Assembly (NCBI GenBank): GCA_035506515.1
Contig: DATJPG010000072.1
Coordinates: 2,353 to 66,352 of the forward strand
DNA: 64,000 nucleotides
Reading direction: 5' to 3'
DNA from: Acidobacteriota bacterium
Lineage (GTDB): Bacteria > Acidobacteriota > UBA6911
Positions 1-9,632 of this stretch are shown one piece after another. The notes below the pieces were generated by a model. That model did no database searches and was not told the origin of the DNA. It worked only from the letters and a program-made list of their open reading frames with translations. Every line of letters begins with the position of its first letter. Position 1 is the stretch's first letter. Position numbers and translations under genes: made by a program.

Positions 1-478
1 CGATCCATTCAGCGCCCCCAAGAGCCTGACTTTGACGGACATTCTCAAAAAATTTGATAAGACGATGGGCGCAACAGGAAAGAGCTACGGGAAGGGATTG
101 GAAAGAAGGAAGGACCCGTGGAATTTCTTGTTTGTTGCAGGGATGTGGTTCCAGGATCTGTTTACGTACGATTTCCGCCGAACTGAAATGTGCATCATTC
201 CCTATGGCACGCAGGAAGGGGAAATTTCGTTCTGCGCCTACAATACCGGCATTGGCTGGCGAAGCATCGTGGAAAAAGTCCACATGAATGCCACGACTGC
301 CGACTGGTATAAAACGCACGGACGCCATGCGGTCTACGCCAATCATAAGCCGTTGCCGCTAGACAGCTACGCGCATGACCTGCGGGTGGATCCGGTCGCC
401 GCAAGTCGAGTGAAGCCGCGCAGCGCGAATGGACAAGAAGAAGAAGTAAAGGACGGGGAACTCGTACAGATAAATTAG
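1..478 (+). CDS. Radical SAM protein, C-terminal part (5'-truncated by the window); Tes/GDGT-MAS (MJ0619-like) tetraether lipid synthase homologue
   Basis: Frame is open from nt 2. GMWFQDLFTYDFRRTEMCIIPYGTQEGEISFCAYN matches the M-x-F-x-D...D-x2-R-x3-C-x-I-x-Y-x-T...I-x-FC-x-YN C-terminal pattern I recall for the MJ0619 family. The CxxxCxxC motif would lie outside the window. Confidence 0.65.
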   Translation, partial: DPFSAPKSLTLTDILKKFDKTMGATGKSYGKGLERRKDPWNFLFVAGMWFQDLFTYDFRRTEMCIIPYGTQEGEISFCAYNTGIGWRSIVEKVHMNATTADWYKTHGRHAVYANHKPLPLDSYAHDLRVDPVAASRVKPRSANGQEEEVKDGELVQIN

Positions 479-499
479 GCCGCGGTCGACAGAAAAGCA

Positions 500-534
500 G
501 GCTGGACCGGAATCGCCTCGATCCCGGTCCGGTC
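500..534. terminator. Hairpin between convergent genes, probable bidirectional terminator
   Basis: GGCTGGACCGGAATCG-cct-CGATCCCGGTCCGGTC, a 16-bp stem with one mismatch and two G.U pairs; AAAA upstream and TTTT downstream. Confidence 0.6.
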
Positions 535-559
535 AAATTTTCGCCTAAAGCTTCAGGTC

Positions 560-1534
560 CTATCCGAAAGATATCGGGACGGGAATAAAGGAAGCTATAA
601 ATATCAGCAGGGCAACCAAACCCACCGCTATTCGACCTTCGCCAAGCGGCTCCTCCTCAAACAGCGTGCGCGGATGGTCAAAGCGCGAGCGCCATCCAAA
701 GAACAGAAGCATCATGGCAAAAAGAAGATAGGATGGAGTAGGCCATTGCCAGAGGCTTAAGAGCACCATGAAGGCAATGCCGACTATCGTGAGCAGCTTC
801 TGTCGTGCGCGGCCCAGGATGGCATACGTGATGTGCCCGCCGTCAAGTTGCCATACCGGCAGCAGATTCAGACTTGTAGCCAGTAACCCTATCCACGCTG
901 CCATAGCAATCGGATGCGGAATCATATCCTGGCTGACCGGGGAATAACCCAGCAGAAGAGCTCCCACAAAACGAAAAATCAAAGGCTCGCCGAAGCTGAT
1001 GCCGCCCGGTGGAAATGTCCCCTTGGGAACGAGTTTGGACATGCCTATACCGATACAAAGAAACGGCACCGTCAAACAGAAACCGGCAAGCGGTCCGGAT
1101 ACCCCGACATCGAACAGAGCCCGCTTATTCAGAAACGCGGATTTGATTCGGATGAAAGCGCCGAGCGTCCCGGTGATTGGAATGGGCACGGGGATGAAAA
1201 ACGGCGGAGTGCAGCTCATTCCATAATACTTACAGGCGAAGTAGTGTCCCAGTTCGTGAGCCAGCAGTATGGAAATCAAAGGGATAGAGAATGCCAACCC
1301 ATACAGGATGATCCCGGGATCGCGCGCAAGCATCATAAGTGCGCGCGTAAAACCTATGTCTCCAAAGCTGTAGAACATTCCGGCAAAGGAAGTGCAGATC
1401 AGAGTAAGGCAAAAGAGTATGGCTGCGATAAGCCATTCTTTGAGTTGTGTGCTTTGAATACGAGGATCGGGAATATTCGCAGGCGCACCGGATGGTAGAG
1501 ACACATCTGCGAGTTCCGGAAGATTACTGCTCAC
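560..1534 (-). CDS. Site-2 protease family (M50) membrane zinc metalloprotease
   Basis: HELGH (HExxH) in a TM segment, NLLPVWQLDGGH motif, multiple TM helices; GTG start. Confidence 0.9.
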   Translation of the reverse strand: MSSNLPELADVSLPSGAPANIPDPRIQSTQLKEWLIAAILFCLTLICTSFAGMFYSFGDIGFTRALMMLARDPGIILYGLAFSIPLISILLAHELGHYFACKYYGMSCTPPFFIPVPIPITGTLGAFIRIKSAFLNKRALFDVGVSGPLAGFCLTVPFLCIGIGMSKLVPKGTFPPGGISFGEPLIFRFVGALLLGYSPVSQDMIPHPIAMAAWIGLLATSLNLLPVWQLDGGHITYAILGRARQKLLTIVGIAFMVLLSLWQWPTPSYLLFAMMLLFFGWRSRFDHPRTLFEEEPLGEGRIAVGLVALLIFIASFIPVPISFG

Positions 1535-1573
1535 AACAATATAAGGCTTTCTGTTGATGTTAGAGGAATGCCT

Positions 1574-1864
1574 TTACTGCAAAACGCTGCGAACGATTTT
1601 ATCCGCCCGTATTTCTTTGCCGGGCTTAAAACGTATGGTTTTTCCGGGAGGGATTGCCACTTCTTCTCCCGTGCGAGGATTTCTCCCTACGCCGCTTTTT
1701 CTCGGCTTGACAATAAATACTCCAAATCCCCGCAACTCGATTCTTTCGCCACGCTTTAGCGCATTCTTGAGCGAATTGAATACAGATTCCACCGCAATTT
1801 CCGCTTTTACCTTGGTGATGTTCAACTGCTCCGAAACACGGTTTACGATGTCCTGCTTTATCAC
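1574..1864 (-). CDS. HU/IHF-family DNA-binding protein
   Basis: MIKQDIV...IELRGFGVF...GRNPRTGE...FKPGK. GTG start chosen at 1864 (the ORF track extends to 1984). Confidence 0.93.
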   Translation of the reverse strand: MIKQDIVNRVSEQLNITKVKAEIAVESVFNSLKNALKRGERIELRGFGVFIVKPRKSGVGRNPRTGEEVAIPPGKTIRFKPGKEIRADKIVRSVLQ

Positions 1865-1891
1865 GCCGAGCCTCCCATAAGTTAGTGAAGG

Positions 1892-1921
1892 CATTTTACT
1901 TGTGGGTCTGTAAACTGTCAA
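1892..1921 (-). promoter_or_regulatory. Sigma70-type promoter for the HU gene
   Basis: TTGACA-18 nt-TAAAAT on the minus strand, upstream of the HU start. Confidence 0.6.
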
Positions 1922-1931
1922 GTCATTTCTA

Positions 1932-1960
1932 TTTACAGGTTCTGGCCCCGATGATAGACT
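1932..1960 (+). promoter_or_regulatory. Sigma70-type promoter for dcd-lptE-holA
   Basis: TTTACA-17 nt-TAGACT with an extended -10 TG. Confidence 0.55.
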
Positions 1961-2044
1961 CCCCAATCTCTCTGAGGAGAACAATAAAGATCCTCGAGTT
2001 TTCCAGCAGCAATCGAATTCAAGGCTTTGCTCAAGGAGTTAGTC

Positions 2045-2599
2045 ATGGCAGTTTTGCCCGATACCTGGATTAAACGGATGGCTAAAGATCATGGAATGAT
2101 TGAGCCGTTCGCGGATCAGCGGCAGCGGAAGGGAAAGATCTCTTTTGGCGCGTCTTCCTATGGATATGATTTCCGACTATTTAGCGAGTATAAAGTGCCG
2201 GAATTTACGGGCAGTGAAACTTTGGATCCGAAAAGAATCAATGCGGTTCGTTTCAGAGATTACTCTGGACGGACCTGCAAAATTCCCCCAAACTCTTTTA
2301 TTGTGGGTCGGTCGCTGGAATACTTTCGCATTCCCCGTGACGTTATCGTAACCTGTCAGGGGAAATCGACTTACGCGCGGTGCGGGGTAATCGTCAATGT
2401 GACGCCCCTGGAGCCGGAGTGGGAAGGGTATATCACGCTGGCACTGGTAAATGCATCCCCTGTCGCCGCGATTGTTTATTCCGGCGAAGGGATCGGCCAA
2501 CTGCTCTTCATCAGGGCAGAATCCGAGTGCCACACGTCCTATGCGGATCGCAAAGGCAAGTATCAGGCACAGAAGCAGATTCGCCTTTCGAAAGTATAG
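2045..2599 (+). CDS. dcd: dCTP deaminase
   Basis: IEPF...ISFGASSYGYD, GKSTYARCGVIVNVTPLEPEWEG, Y.DRKGKYQ. Confidence 0.93.
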   Translation: MAVLPDTWIKRMAKDHGMIEPFADQRQRKGKISFGASSYGYDFRLFSEYKVPEFTGSETLDPKRINAVRFRDYSGRTCKIPPNSFIVGRSLEYFRIPRDVIVTCQGKSTYARCGVIVNVTPLEPEWEGYITLALVNASPVAAIVYSGEGIGQLLFIRAESECHTSYADRKGKYQAQKQIRLSKV

Positions 2600-2644
2600 T
2601 AAGTGCGAATGCGGGGGGATTATTCTCAAATAATGGACCACGAC

Positions 2645-3217
2645 ATGAAGGTTAATAATGCGAATATCGGTAATAGGCGCCGCAGTTATGGATCGATGCT
2701 GCTGCTGAGCATTATTCTAACGTGCGGTGGTTGCGGATATAGGGTTCGCGGTTCGGTCGGTAAATTGCCCGATGGAATTCAATCTATTGGCATTCCAACA
2801 TTTCGAAATCTGACTGGCCAGTATCGGGTAGAACAGATCATCACGGGCGCCGTACTGAAGGAATTTTCCATTCGAACGAAAGCTCCGGTGAATTCCAGCG
2901 GCACGGGCGTCGACTCCGTGCTCATGGGGGACATTGTCAAACTTAGCGCCACGCCTGTGACCTTCGGTACGCAGAAAGTCGATTCGCAGACCTATGGCGC
3001 AACATTTATGATCTCGGTACAGATCAGTGCAAAGCTTGTGCGGCTTAAGGATTCGTCGATTCTGTGGCAGAACGACAACTTTCTTTTTCGAGAGCCCTAT
3101 GTGCTGAACGCGAACGTGCGGGATTTCTTTTCAGAGGAAAATCCTGCCCTGGAACGGCTTGCGCAGCATTTCGCGGCAAGCCTGGCAAGCATTGTATTAA
3201 GCCGGTCAAAGCCGTGA
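2645..3217 (+). CDS. lptE: LPS assembly lipoprotein LptE
   Basis: Lipobox-like ..GGCGY motif, FRNLT.QYRVEQ, position directly before holA; start uncertain. Confidence 0.75.
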   Translation: MKVNNANIGNRRRSYGSMLLLSIILTCGGCGYRVRGSVGKLPDGIQSIGIPTFRNLTGQYRVEQIITGAVLKEFSIRTKAPVNSSGTGVDSVLMGDIVKLSATPVTFGTQKVDSQTYGATFMISVQISAKLVRLKDSSILWQNDNFLFREPYVLNANVRDFFSEENPALERLAQHFAASLASIVLSRSKP

Positions 3218-4206
3218 AAATTCAAACGCTGGGAGAGTTGGAAGATATCCTGCGGAACGGTACATTGCGCGTCTGTCTGGTAGTGGGACCGGAACTGTAC
3301 TTGTGCCAGTTGGCGCTTGATCTCGTCAAACGCACGGTCGTGGCAGAGGATGCTTTTGCTTTCGATTTTTCGGAATTCCGTGCGGGTGAAGATTCCGTCG
3401 ATCACATTGTCGAAGCGGCAAATACTTTTCCGATGATGTCCGGCAAAAGACTGGTGCTCGTCAGGGATGCCGATGATCTCCCCGACTCCGATCTGGAGAC
3501 GCTCCTGGACGCGTTGAACAGTTTGCCTTCGCGAAGCCTGCTGGTGTTCTTCGCGGAAGAATTCGACCACCGCAAAAAATTCTACCGGACCATGCAGGAC
3601 AAATACTGCGTTGCGGAGTTTCCGAAACTGAAGGGCGCGGCGCTGGAACAATGGGCCGCAGCCTATATTCGGCGGCAGGGTTTCCGGCTATCCTCAACTG
3701 CAATCAAAACAATTGCGGGATTGGCAGGTTCGGATTTGCAGATGCTTGCTGCAGAACTGGAAAAGCTGCTGTTGTACGCGGGAAAAGAAAAAGATATACC
3801 GGACAGCGCCGTAAACAATCTAATCAGCAGTAGCCGGCAGCAGGGGATCTTTGAGCTGATAAACGCCGTTGCGCAGGGAAGGCGGAATGACGCGCTGCGA
3901 TCGCTGGCGAATTTACTGGGGATGGGGGAACACCCGCTGGTAGTGGTCACAATGATGGCGCGGTACTGCCGGCAAACGCTTATAGCAAAGGATTGCCTGG
4001 CCAGGGGCGTGCAAGCGCGCGAGATCGCGGCGGCGGCGCAAATTCCGCCGTTTATGCTGGATCAATTCCTTCGCGAGGCGCGCGCGGCAGATATCGGAAA
4101 AACTCAGGAAATGCACTTGCATCTTGCCGACATCGATCGAAAGCTTAAGTCCTCATCCGCGGACGGACGCATCCTGCTCGAAAAGCTCATCTGCTCGCTG
4201 GTGTAG
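3214..4206 (+). CDS. holA: DNA polymerase III delta subunit
   Basis: GPELYL, PMMSGKRLVLV, ELEKLLLY, DRKLKSS; GTGA overlap with the lptE stop. Confidence 0.88.
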   Translation: MKIQTLGELEDILRNGTLRVCLVVGPELYLCQLALDLVKRTVVAEDAFAFDFSEFRAGEDSVDHIVEAANTFPMMSGKRLVLVRDADDLPDSDLETLLDALNSLPSRSLLVFFAEEFDHRKKFYRTMQDKYCVAEFPKLKGAALEQWAAAYIRRQGFRLSSTAIKTIAGLAGSDLQMLAAELEKLLLYAGKEKDIPDSAVNNLISSSRQQGIFELINAVAQGRRNDALRSLANLLGMGEHPLVVVTMMARYCRQTLIAKDCLARGVQAREIAAAAQIPPFMLDQFLREARAADIGKTQEMHLHLADIDRKLKSSSADGRILLEKLICSLV

Positions 4207-4238
4207 TCGGGAAGCATGCTTGCGCCGGCGCGCCGGAA

Positions 4239-4272
4239 CCGGAATCCACAATAGCAATCCCCCGGATTCCGG
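4239..4272. terminator. Hairpin between convergent holA and rpsT
   Basis: CCGGAATCC-16 nt-GGATTCCGG, a perfect 9-bp stem; no clear U-tract. Confidence 0.4.
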
Positions 4273-4290
4273 ACATCGAGTAGTGCCTGC

Positions 4291-4572
4291 CTAGGCTTGT
4301 TTGGGTGCGGCCAGGGCTGCATTCAATCGTTTGGTGAGGCGGGACTTTTGCCTGCTTGCGGCGTTCTTGCTGATCGCCTTTTTCTTTTGCGATTTGTCGA
4401 CAGCGGCGTACAGTTCAGACAGGGAACTCTTTGCTTCCTCTGTCTTTCCTGATTCGAGCCGGTCGTTAAACTGTTTCAGGCTGCTTCGCAAACTGCTGCG
4501 ATTGCTTCGGTTTCTGCTGCGATGCTTCAGGTTCTGTCGGTGCGCCTTGAGGGCCGAGGCATGATTGGCCAT
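4291..4572 (-). CDS. rpsT: 30S ribosomal protein S20
   Basis: MANHASALKAHRQ...RNRSNRSSLRS...KNAASRQKSRL. Confidence 0.96.
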   Translation of the reverse strand: MANHASALKAHRQNLKHRSRNRSNRSSLRSSLKQFNDRLESGKTEEAKSSLSELYAAVDKSQKKKAISKNAASRQKSRLTKRLNAALAAPKQA

Positions 4573-4643
4573 CCTAATTAACTCCTTCAGGTTTATAATA
4601 CATACGCAAGACCGCGGGATGCCCGAGTCCTTTAAAACCCCTT

Positions 4644-4672
4644 ACTTTACAAGTATTTAAGATACATGTCAA
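4644..4672 (-). promoter_or_regulatory. Sigma70-type promoter for rpsT
   Basis: TTGACA-17 nt-TAAAGT on the minus strand. Confidence 0.6.
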
Positions 4673-4686
4673 ATTTTATTTTGTGA

Positions 4687-4715
4687 TTGACTTAAGTTCT
4701 GGTCGGACCTAAAAT
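4687..4715 (+). promoter_or_regulatory. Sigma70-type promoter for phoH-ddl, back-to-back with the rpsT promoter
   Basis: TTGACT-17 nt-TAAAAT. Confidence 0.65.
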
Positions 4716-4835
4716 TTGATTTCTGACATGCGTGTGCGATTGCCTATCAGCTTTATTCCTGTCCTTGCAGGTACCGGGTATTATTCGCCCTCTTCCGCAA
4801 TTTTTTCCCTACGTGAGGTCGGGCCAAATCCATAG

Positions 4836-5828
4836 ATGAGAAAAGTTCTGCTATCAGACCGGAGTCTACAGCTTCTGTTCGGGCCATTGGACGAAAACCT
4901 TAGATTTCTGGAAGATCTATTCAACGTAACGATTCAAACACGCGATTCGTCTTTGATCATCGACGGAGAGGAAGACGACGTCGCCTCGCTGGAAGCGATT
5001 CTTCTGGATTTCTCGGCGCTGGTCGACAAAGGCCATTCGATGGCTAATGGCGATCTCAAATCGGCGTTCAAGCAAATTGCCGCCGATGCCGCACTCTCGT
5101 TGCACGATTTTTTCCCGAAGATGCAATTGCTGACGACGGGCAAACGACAGGTTACGCCCAAGAGTGCCAATCAGCGGCGTTATATCGAGGCTATCCGAAA
5201 TAACGACATCGTATTCGGGATTGGCCCCGGAGGAACGGGCAAGACATTCCTGGCAGTGGCAATGGCGCTGACGCACTTGTTCGAGAAGAGCGTTTCTCGA
5301 ATCATTCTAACCAGGCCCGCGGTCGAAGCCGGAGAACGGCTCGGGTTTCTTCCCGGTGATATCGAGGAAAAAATAAATCCTTATCTCCGGCCGCTCTATG
5401 ATGCGCTGTACTACCTTTTGGACAGCGAAAAGATTCACGGCTATATGGAAGAGGGCACAATCGAAATCGCCCCACTTGCTTTCATGCGCGGGCGAACGCT
5501 GAACGACGCATTCATCATTCTGGATGAAGCCCAGAACACTACTTCCGAGCAAATGAAGATGTTTCTAACCCGAATCGGCATACGATCCAAGGCTGTCATC
5601 ACGGGAGACGTCACGCAGATTGATTTGCCGTTCGGACGAAGTTCAGGCCTCATCGAGGCTAAGAGCATTCTGGGCGACATTACAGGGCTTGCCTTTTGTT
5701 ACTTCAACGAGAATGATGTTGTGCGCCACCACCTGGTGCGCCTGATTATCAAGGCCTACCAGCGGCACGATGAGAACGGAACGAGATCCGAGGGAAACAG
5801 CAGGAATGGCAAAGGATCGAAAGATTAG
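4836..5828 (+). CDS. phoH: PhoH family ATPase (YbeZ-like)
   Basis: GPGGTGKT, RPAVEAGERLGFLPGD, RGRTL, DEAQN, GDVTQIDLP. Confidence 0.92.
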   Translation: MRKVLLSDRSLQLLFGPLDENLRFLEDLFNVTIQTRDSSLIIDGEEDDVASLEAILLDFSALVDKGHSMANGDLKSAFKQIAADAALSLHDFFPKMQLLTTGKRQVTPKSANQRRYIEAIRNNDIVFGIGPGGTGKTFLAVAMALTHLFEKSVSRIILTRPAVEAGERLGFLPGDIEEKINPYLRPLYDALYYLLDSEKIHGYMEEGTIEIAPLAFMRGRTLNDAFIILDEAQNTTSEQMKMFLTRIGIRSKAVITGDVTQIDLPFGRSSGLIEAKSILGDITGLAFCYFNENDVVRHHLVRLIIKAYQRHDENGTRSEGNSRNGKGSKD

Positions 5829-6915
5829 GCTTGGCATCATTTTTGGCGGGAGATCCGGGGAGCATGAAGTCTCCATTACGTCTGCCGCTTCTGTAATAAA
5901 AGCCCTGGACCCCCAGGAATTCGAGATTACCGCGATCGGTATCACCAAAACCGGGAAGCTTGCGAATACATCCGAAATGCGCGCCATGTTGCCCGAAGAC
6001 ATACAGCCCCGCGTTCTTCTGAGCCCCGCACTCGAGGGCGACGGCTCCAGCATGACGGTGGTGACCGATTTGCCGCAGGAGCGCCGCGATCCGAGAACAT
6101 TCCCACAAATCATCTTCCCATTGCTGCATGGCCCTTATGGCGAGGACGGTACCATTCAGGGGTTGCTTGAAATTGCCGGCCTGCCGTACATCGGATGCGG
6201 AGTTCTCGCATCCGCCGTGGGGATGGACAAGGATGTCATGAAGCGGTTGTTCCTGCAGGCTCAGCTTCCGGTTGCGCCGTACCGGGCTGTAATGGCGCGC
6301 GATCTCGATAAGAACATGGAATCTCTAAAGCAGCTGACAGCGCGGGAACTCGGATACCCCATGTTCTCAAAGCCGGCGAACCTGGGCTCGTCGGTGGGCA
6401 TATGCAAAATTCACAATGAAAGCGAATTTGAGATTGCGCTGCGGCACTCTGCACAATTTGATCGTAAGATTTTGATAGAGAAGGGCATCGATGCCCGAGA
6501 GATGGAATGCGCGATTCTTGGGAACGATGCTCCGCGGGCATCCCTGGTGGGGGAGGTATTTTCCGCGCATGAGTTTTACGACTATGATGCCAAATATCGC
6601 AATCCCGAGAGCCGGACTGAAATTCCGGCGCGGATAGAATCGTCTAAAGCGGAGGAGATCCGAGAACTGGCTTTGCGGTCGTTCAAAACCATCGACGGCG
6701 CGGGTCTCGCGCGCGTCGATTTCTTTCTCGAGCGGACGACCGGAAAGGTTTGGTTGAACGAAATCAATACCATGCCCGGATTCACGCCCATCAGCATGTA
6801 TACGAAGCTCTGGGACGCAAGCGGCGTGCCGTTTGAGCAACTCGTGCGAAGGCTCGTGGAATTGGGCGAGGAAAGATATCGCGAGAAAGCGGGACAGAAG
6901 ATATCTGTCGGGTAA
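5806..6915 (+). CDS. ddl: D-alanine--D-alanine ligase
   Basis: FGGRSGEHEVS, LHGPYGEDGTIQG, GSSVG, NEINTMPGFT. Confidence 0.95.
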   Translation: MAKDRKIRLGIIFGGRSGEHEVSITSAASVIKALDPQEFEITAIGITKTGKLANTSEMRAMLPEDIQPRVLLSPALEGDGSSMTVVTDLPQERRDPRTFPQIIFPLLHGPYGEDGTIQGLLEIAGLPYIGCGVLASAVGMDKDVMKRLFLQAQLPVAPYRAVMARDLDKNMESLKQLTARELGYPMFSKPANLGSSVGICKIHNESEFEIALRHSAQFDRKILIEKGIDAREMECAILGNDAPRASLVGEVFSAHEFYDYDAKYRNPESRTEIPARIESSKAEEIRELALRSFKTIDGAGLARVDFFLERTTGKVWLNEINTMPGFTPISMYTKLWDASGVPFEQLVRRLVELGEERYREKAGQKISVG

Positions 6916-7014
6916 TAAATTTTGAAACAGTTTTCGATGCTCTTTTGTATACAGCATTTTTAACCTAGAAGCCTGGTGAACCCAAGCTGTTGAGGCATGC
7001 AGGAGGAAAGGCTT

Positions 7015-7263
7015 ATGAGCTTGAATATTCGCGACGCAGAACTTCGAGAACAATTGTTAAAGGATAACGACGAATACCGGCGACTGGCAGCCGAGCATCA
7101 ATCTTACGACGATCAGTTGGAAGATCTGGCGAATAAGCATTTTTTAAGCGAAGAGGAAGAATTGCAGGAAAAAACGCTCAAGAAGAAAAAACTGATGCTG
7201 AAGGATCAAATGTATTCGATGGTGCAAAAGGTGCGCAAACAGATGGAATCGGGCTCCAAATAG
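7015..7263 (+). CDS. DUF465/YdcH-like small coiled-coil protein
   Basis: AGGAGG RBS; helical, EH..YD..LE...LKKKKL.LKDQM pattern. Confidence 0.75.
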   Translation: MSLNIRDAELREQLLKDNDEYRRLAAEHQSYDDQLEDLANKHFLSEEEELQEKTLKKKKLMLKDQMYSMVQKVRKQMESGSK

Positions 7264-7397
7264 GAGACCGCAACGCCCGTTCTCTTTGTGAAAGGATGCA
7301 GCGAAGAAGCGGATCGAGCAATAATCCAGGCAGAGGAGGAGCTTCCTCCCCGTTCGGAACTTGTACTCTGAAGGAATGAGCCGTCAAAGGAAAGCCC

Positions 7398-8000
7398 ATG
7401 GCCCGTGATGTCTATAAGTTTTGCATTCCAGTTTTTATCCTGTGCGTTCTGTTTTTCATTTTGAGCTGTCCTCTGTTGGCTGTGATCTGCCTTCTTCTGG
7501 CCTCCTTTATCTGCTATTTCTTCCGAAATCCGAAGCGCGAAATACCACCGGGGAACAACCTGGTCGTTTCTCCCGCCGACGGCAAGGTGGTCAAGATTCT
7601 GGAGTTGCCTGACGGGGCGACAACGATCAGTATTTTCCTCAACATATTCAACGTGCATGTGAATCGTTCGCCTATCTCGGGCCGGCTGGAACAGCTTGAA
7701 TATAAGCGCGGCAAGTTCAAGGTCGCTTTTGACGAAGAAGCCTCAAAAGTCAACGAGCAGAATATCCTCACCATCTCCGGCGAGAACTCAACCGTCGTGG
7801 TCCGGCAGATCGCTGGGTTGATCGCACGGCGTGTGATATGCTGGAAGAAGCCGGGAGACAGCCTGGATCGCGGCGAACTAATCGGTTTGATCCGTTTTGG
7901 GTCCCGAGTGGATGTTACAGTCCCGGAGCGTGTCAGAATTCAGGTCAAGATCGGTGACCGCGTGCGAGGTGGGAGCTCCATTCTTGGAGAATATGCATGA
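7398..8000 (+). CDS. psd: Phosphatidylserine decarboxylase proenzyme
   Basis: FFRNPKR, SPADGKV, HVNRSP, RFGSRVD self-cleavage site; adjacent to pssA. Confidence 0.92.
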   Translation: MARDVYKFCIPVFILCVLFFILSCPLLAVICLLLASFICYFFRNPKREIPPGNNLVVSPADGKVVKILELPDGATTISIFLNIFNVHVNRSPISGRLEQLEYKRGKFKVAFDEEASKVNEQNILTISGENSTVVVRQIAGLIARRVICWKKPGDSLDRGELIGLIRFGSRVDVTVPERVRIQVKIGDRVRGGSSILGEYA

Positions 8001-8794
8001 CAGAACCGATGAATGAAGAAAAAGAGCCCAGCGAGGCGGGTCCGCGACATCGGCGGCTGGGACGAAGTATTTTCGTGCTGCCAAGCCTGTTCACTGTGGG
8101 CAATATTTTTTGCGGATACTACGCCATTCTGGCGACGATGGGCGGCAATTACGCGCCCGCCGCCCACGCAATCGGAATTGCCATCATCCTCGACATGCTG
8201 GACGGGCGCATCGCTCGGGCAACGAACTCCAGCACGGGATTCGGCCTGCAGCTGGACTCCCTTGCGGACGTGATCTCTTTTGGCATCGCTCCGTCTGTGC
8301 TTGCTCTCGTTTGGGGACTGTCCCATGTCGATTACAGGCTTGCCTGGATCGCCGCTTTCACATTTACGATATGCGGCGCCATGCGTCTGGCGCGTTTCAA
8401 TGTCCAGGCCGGCAATTTGAAGCACTTTGTGGGCCTCCCGATTCCTGCCGGCGGAGGGGCCATCGCCGCGATCGTCCACTTTTTTTCGGATCCGGTCCGT
8501 GATCGGTTGGGATCCAACCTGATGGTGGCGACGGTGTTCATCCTGGCTTTCCTGATGATCAGCACCATCCGCTACAGCAGTCTGAAAAACCTCACTCTAG
8601 GGAAAAAATCTCACTTCACAATCCTCGTCATGGCTCTGCTGCTGGCATTGATTGTCTACCTTTCGAAGCCGACTCTGCTCGCACTGGCGATAGCGTACGT
8701 GATCTCAGGCCCGGTTGGCCGGCTGTATGGAATCATCCGCCGCAAAAAGACCGGCGAAGAAATGACCCTCGCCGATTCTGTCCAGCATCACTGA
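7997..8794 (+). CDS. pssA: CDP-diacylglycerol--serine O-phosphatidyltransferase
   Basis: DMLDGRIAR...G..LDSLAD CDP-alcohol phosphotransferase motif; RLARFN; FVGLPIP. Confidence 0.92.
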   Translation: MTEPMNEEKEPSEAGPRHRRLGRSIFVLPSLFTVGNIFCGYYAILATMGGNYAPAAHAIGIAIILDMLDGRIARATNSSTGFGLQLDSLADVISFGIAPSVLALVWGLSHVDYRLAWIAAFTFTICGAMRLARFNVQAGNLKHFVGLPIPAGGGAIAAIVHFFSDPVRDRLGSNLMVATVFILAFLMISTIRYSSLKNLTLGKKSHFTILVMALLLALIVYLSKPTLLALAIAYVISGPVGRLYGIIRRKKTGEEMTLADSVQHH

Positions 8795-8875
8795 TGCTCC
8801 AAAATGCAGGGTCCGGCATTTTGGATTGGGAGACCCACGGTATCTCATTGCGAACTGTCACATACGGTATCTGCC

Positions 8876-9628
8876 ATGCCCGTACACGAGGCTGAAGCCA
8901 TTGTTCTCCGCCAGTATGCCCTTTCCGATTCGGATCGCATCGTTGTTCTTATCACCAGGGAGTTTGGCAAAATACGTGCCGCAGCCAAGGGCGTCAAGAA
9001 ACCGCAAAGCCACTTCGCCGGTTGTCTCGAGCCACTGAGCCATGTCCGGATCGAGTTTTATGCGCGTGAAGGGCGGGATCTCAGCCAAATTCGCCGGGCA
9101 GAACTCATCCGCTCCTACCTGGGAATAAAGCCCACTTTAAAGCAGGTTTATGCGTACAGTTATTTCGCAGAAATTGCTAATGAAATTGTTCAAGATTATC
9201 AGGTTAACTATCCGTTATTCAGACTTTTATTGAGCTCGATGGAGGCTGGAGAGAAGAACGGCGTCAACGAGGCGCTGGTGCGGTATTTTGAGACCTGGTG
9301 TCTGAAATTGAGCGGATTATTTCCCAATTATGCCTATTGCTCAAGTTGTGGTAAATGTGTTAAAGATGATGTTTTTTTCGCATGGGTTGAAGTCGGTCAA
9401 GCCCGCTGCAATGCCTGCGCTCAAGGACGGGGACTAAGGATCGGAGCGCCTGCGGCCGTGGCTTTAACATTAATGGCAAAGCTTCCGCCGGAGCAGTTTG
9501 CGGCACGCCCTCTAGTGGAGGACGCGGCCAGGGAGATCGAGCGGTTGTCGCAGAGGCTCCTGGCGATGCATCTGGAAAAGCAGCTAAAATCCTATCGGAT
9601 TTTAAAAGAAGCTCTTCAAAGCCCGTAG
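8876..9628 (+). CDS. recO: DNA repair protein RecO
   Basis: EAIVLR...SDRIVVL.T.EFGKI..AKG; zinc motif CSSCG...CNAC; upstream of glyQ. Confidence 0.9.
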   Translation: MPVHEAEAIVLRQYALSDSDRIVVLITREFGKIRAAAKGVKKPQSHFAGCLEPLSHVRIEFYAREGRDLSQIRRAELIRSYLGIKPTLKQVYAYSYFAEIANEIVQDYQVNYPLFRLLLSSMEAGEKNGVNEALVRYFETWCLKLSGLFPNYAYCSSCGKCVKDDVFFAWVEVGQARCNACAQGRGLRIGAPAAVALTLMAKLPPEQFAARPLVEDAAREIERLSQRLLAMHLEKQLKSYRILKEALQSP

Positions 9629-9632
9629 AGTA

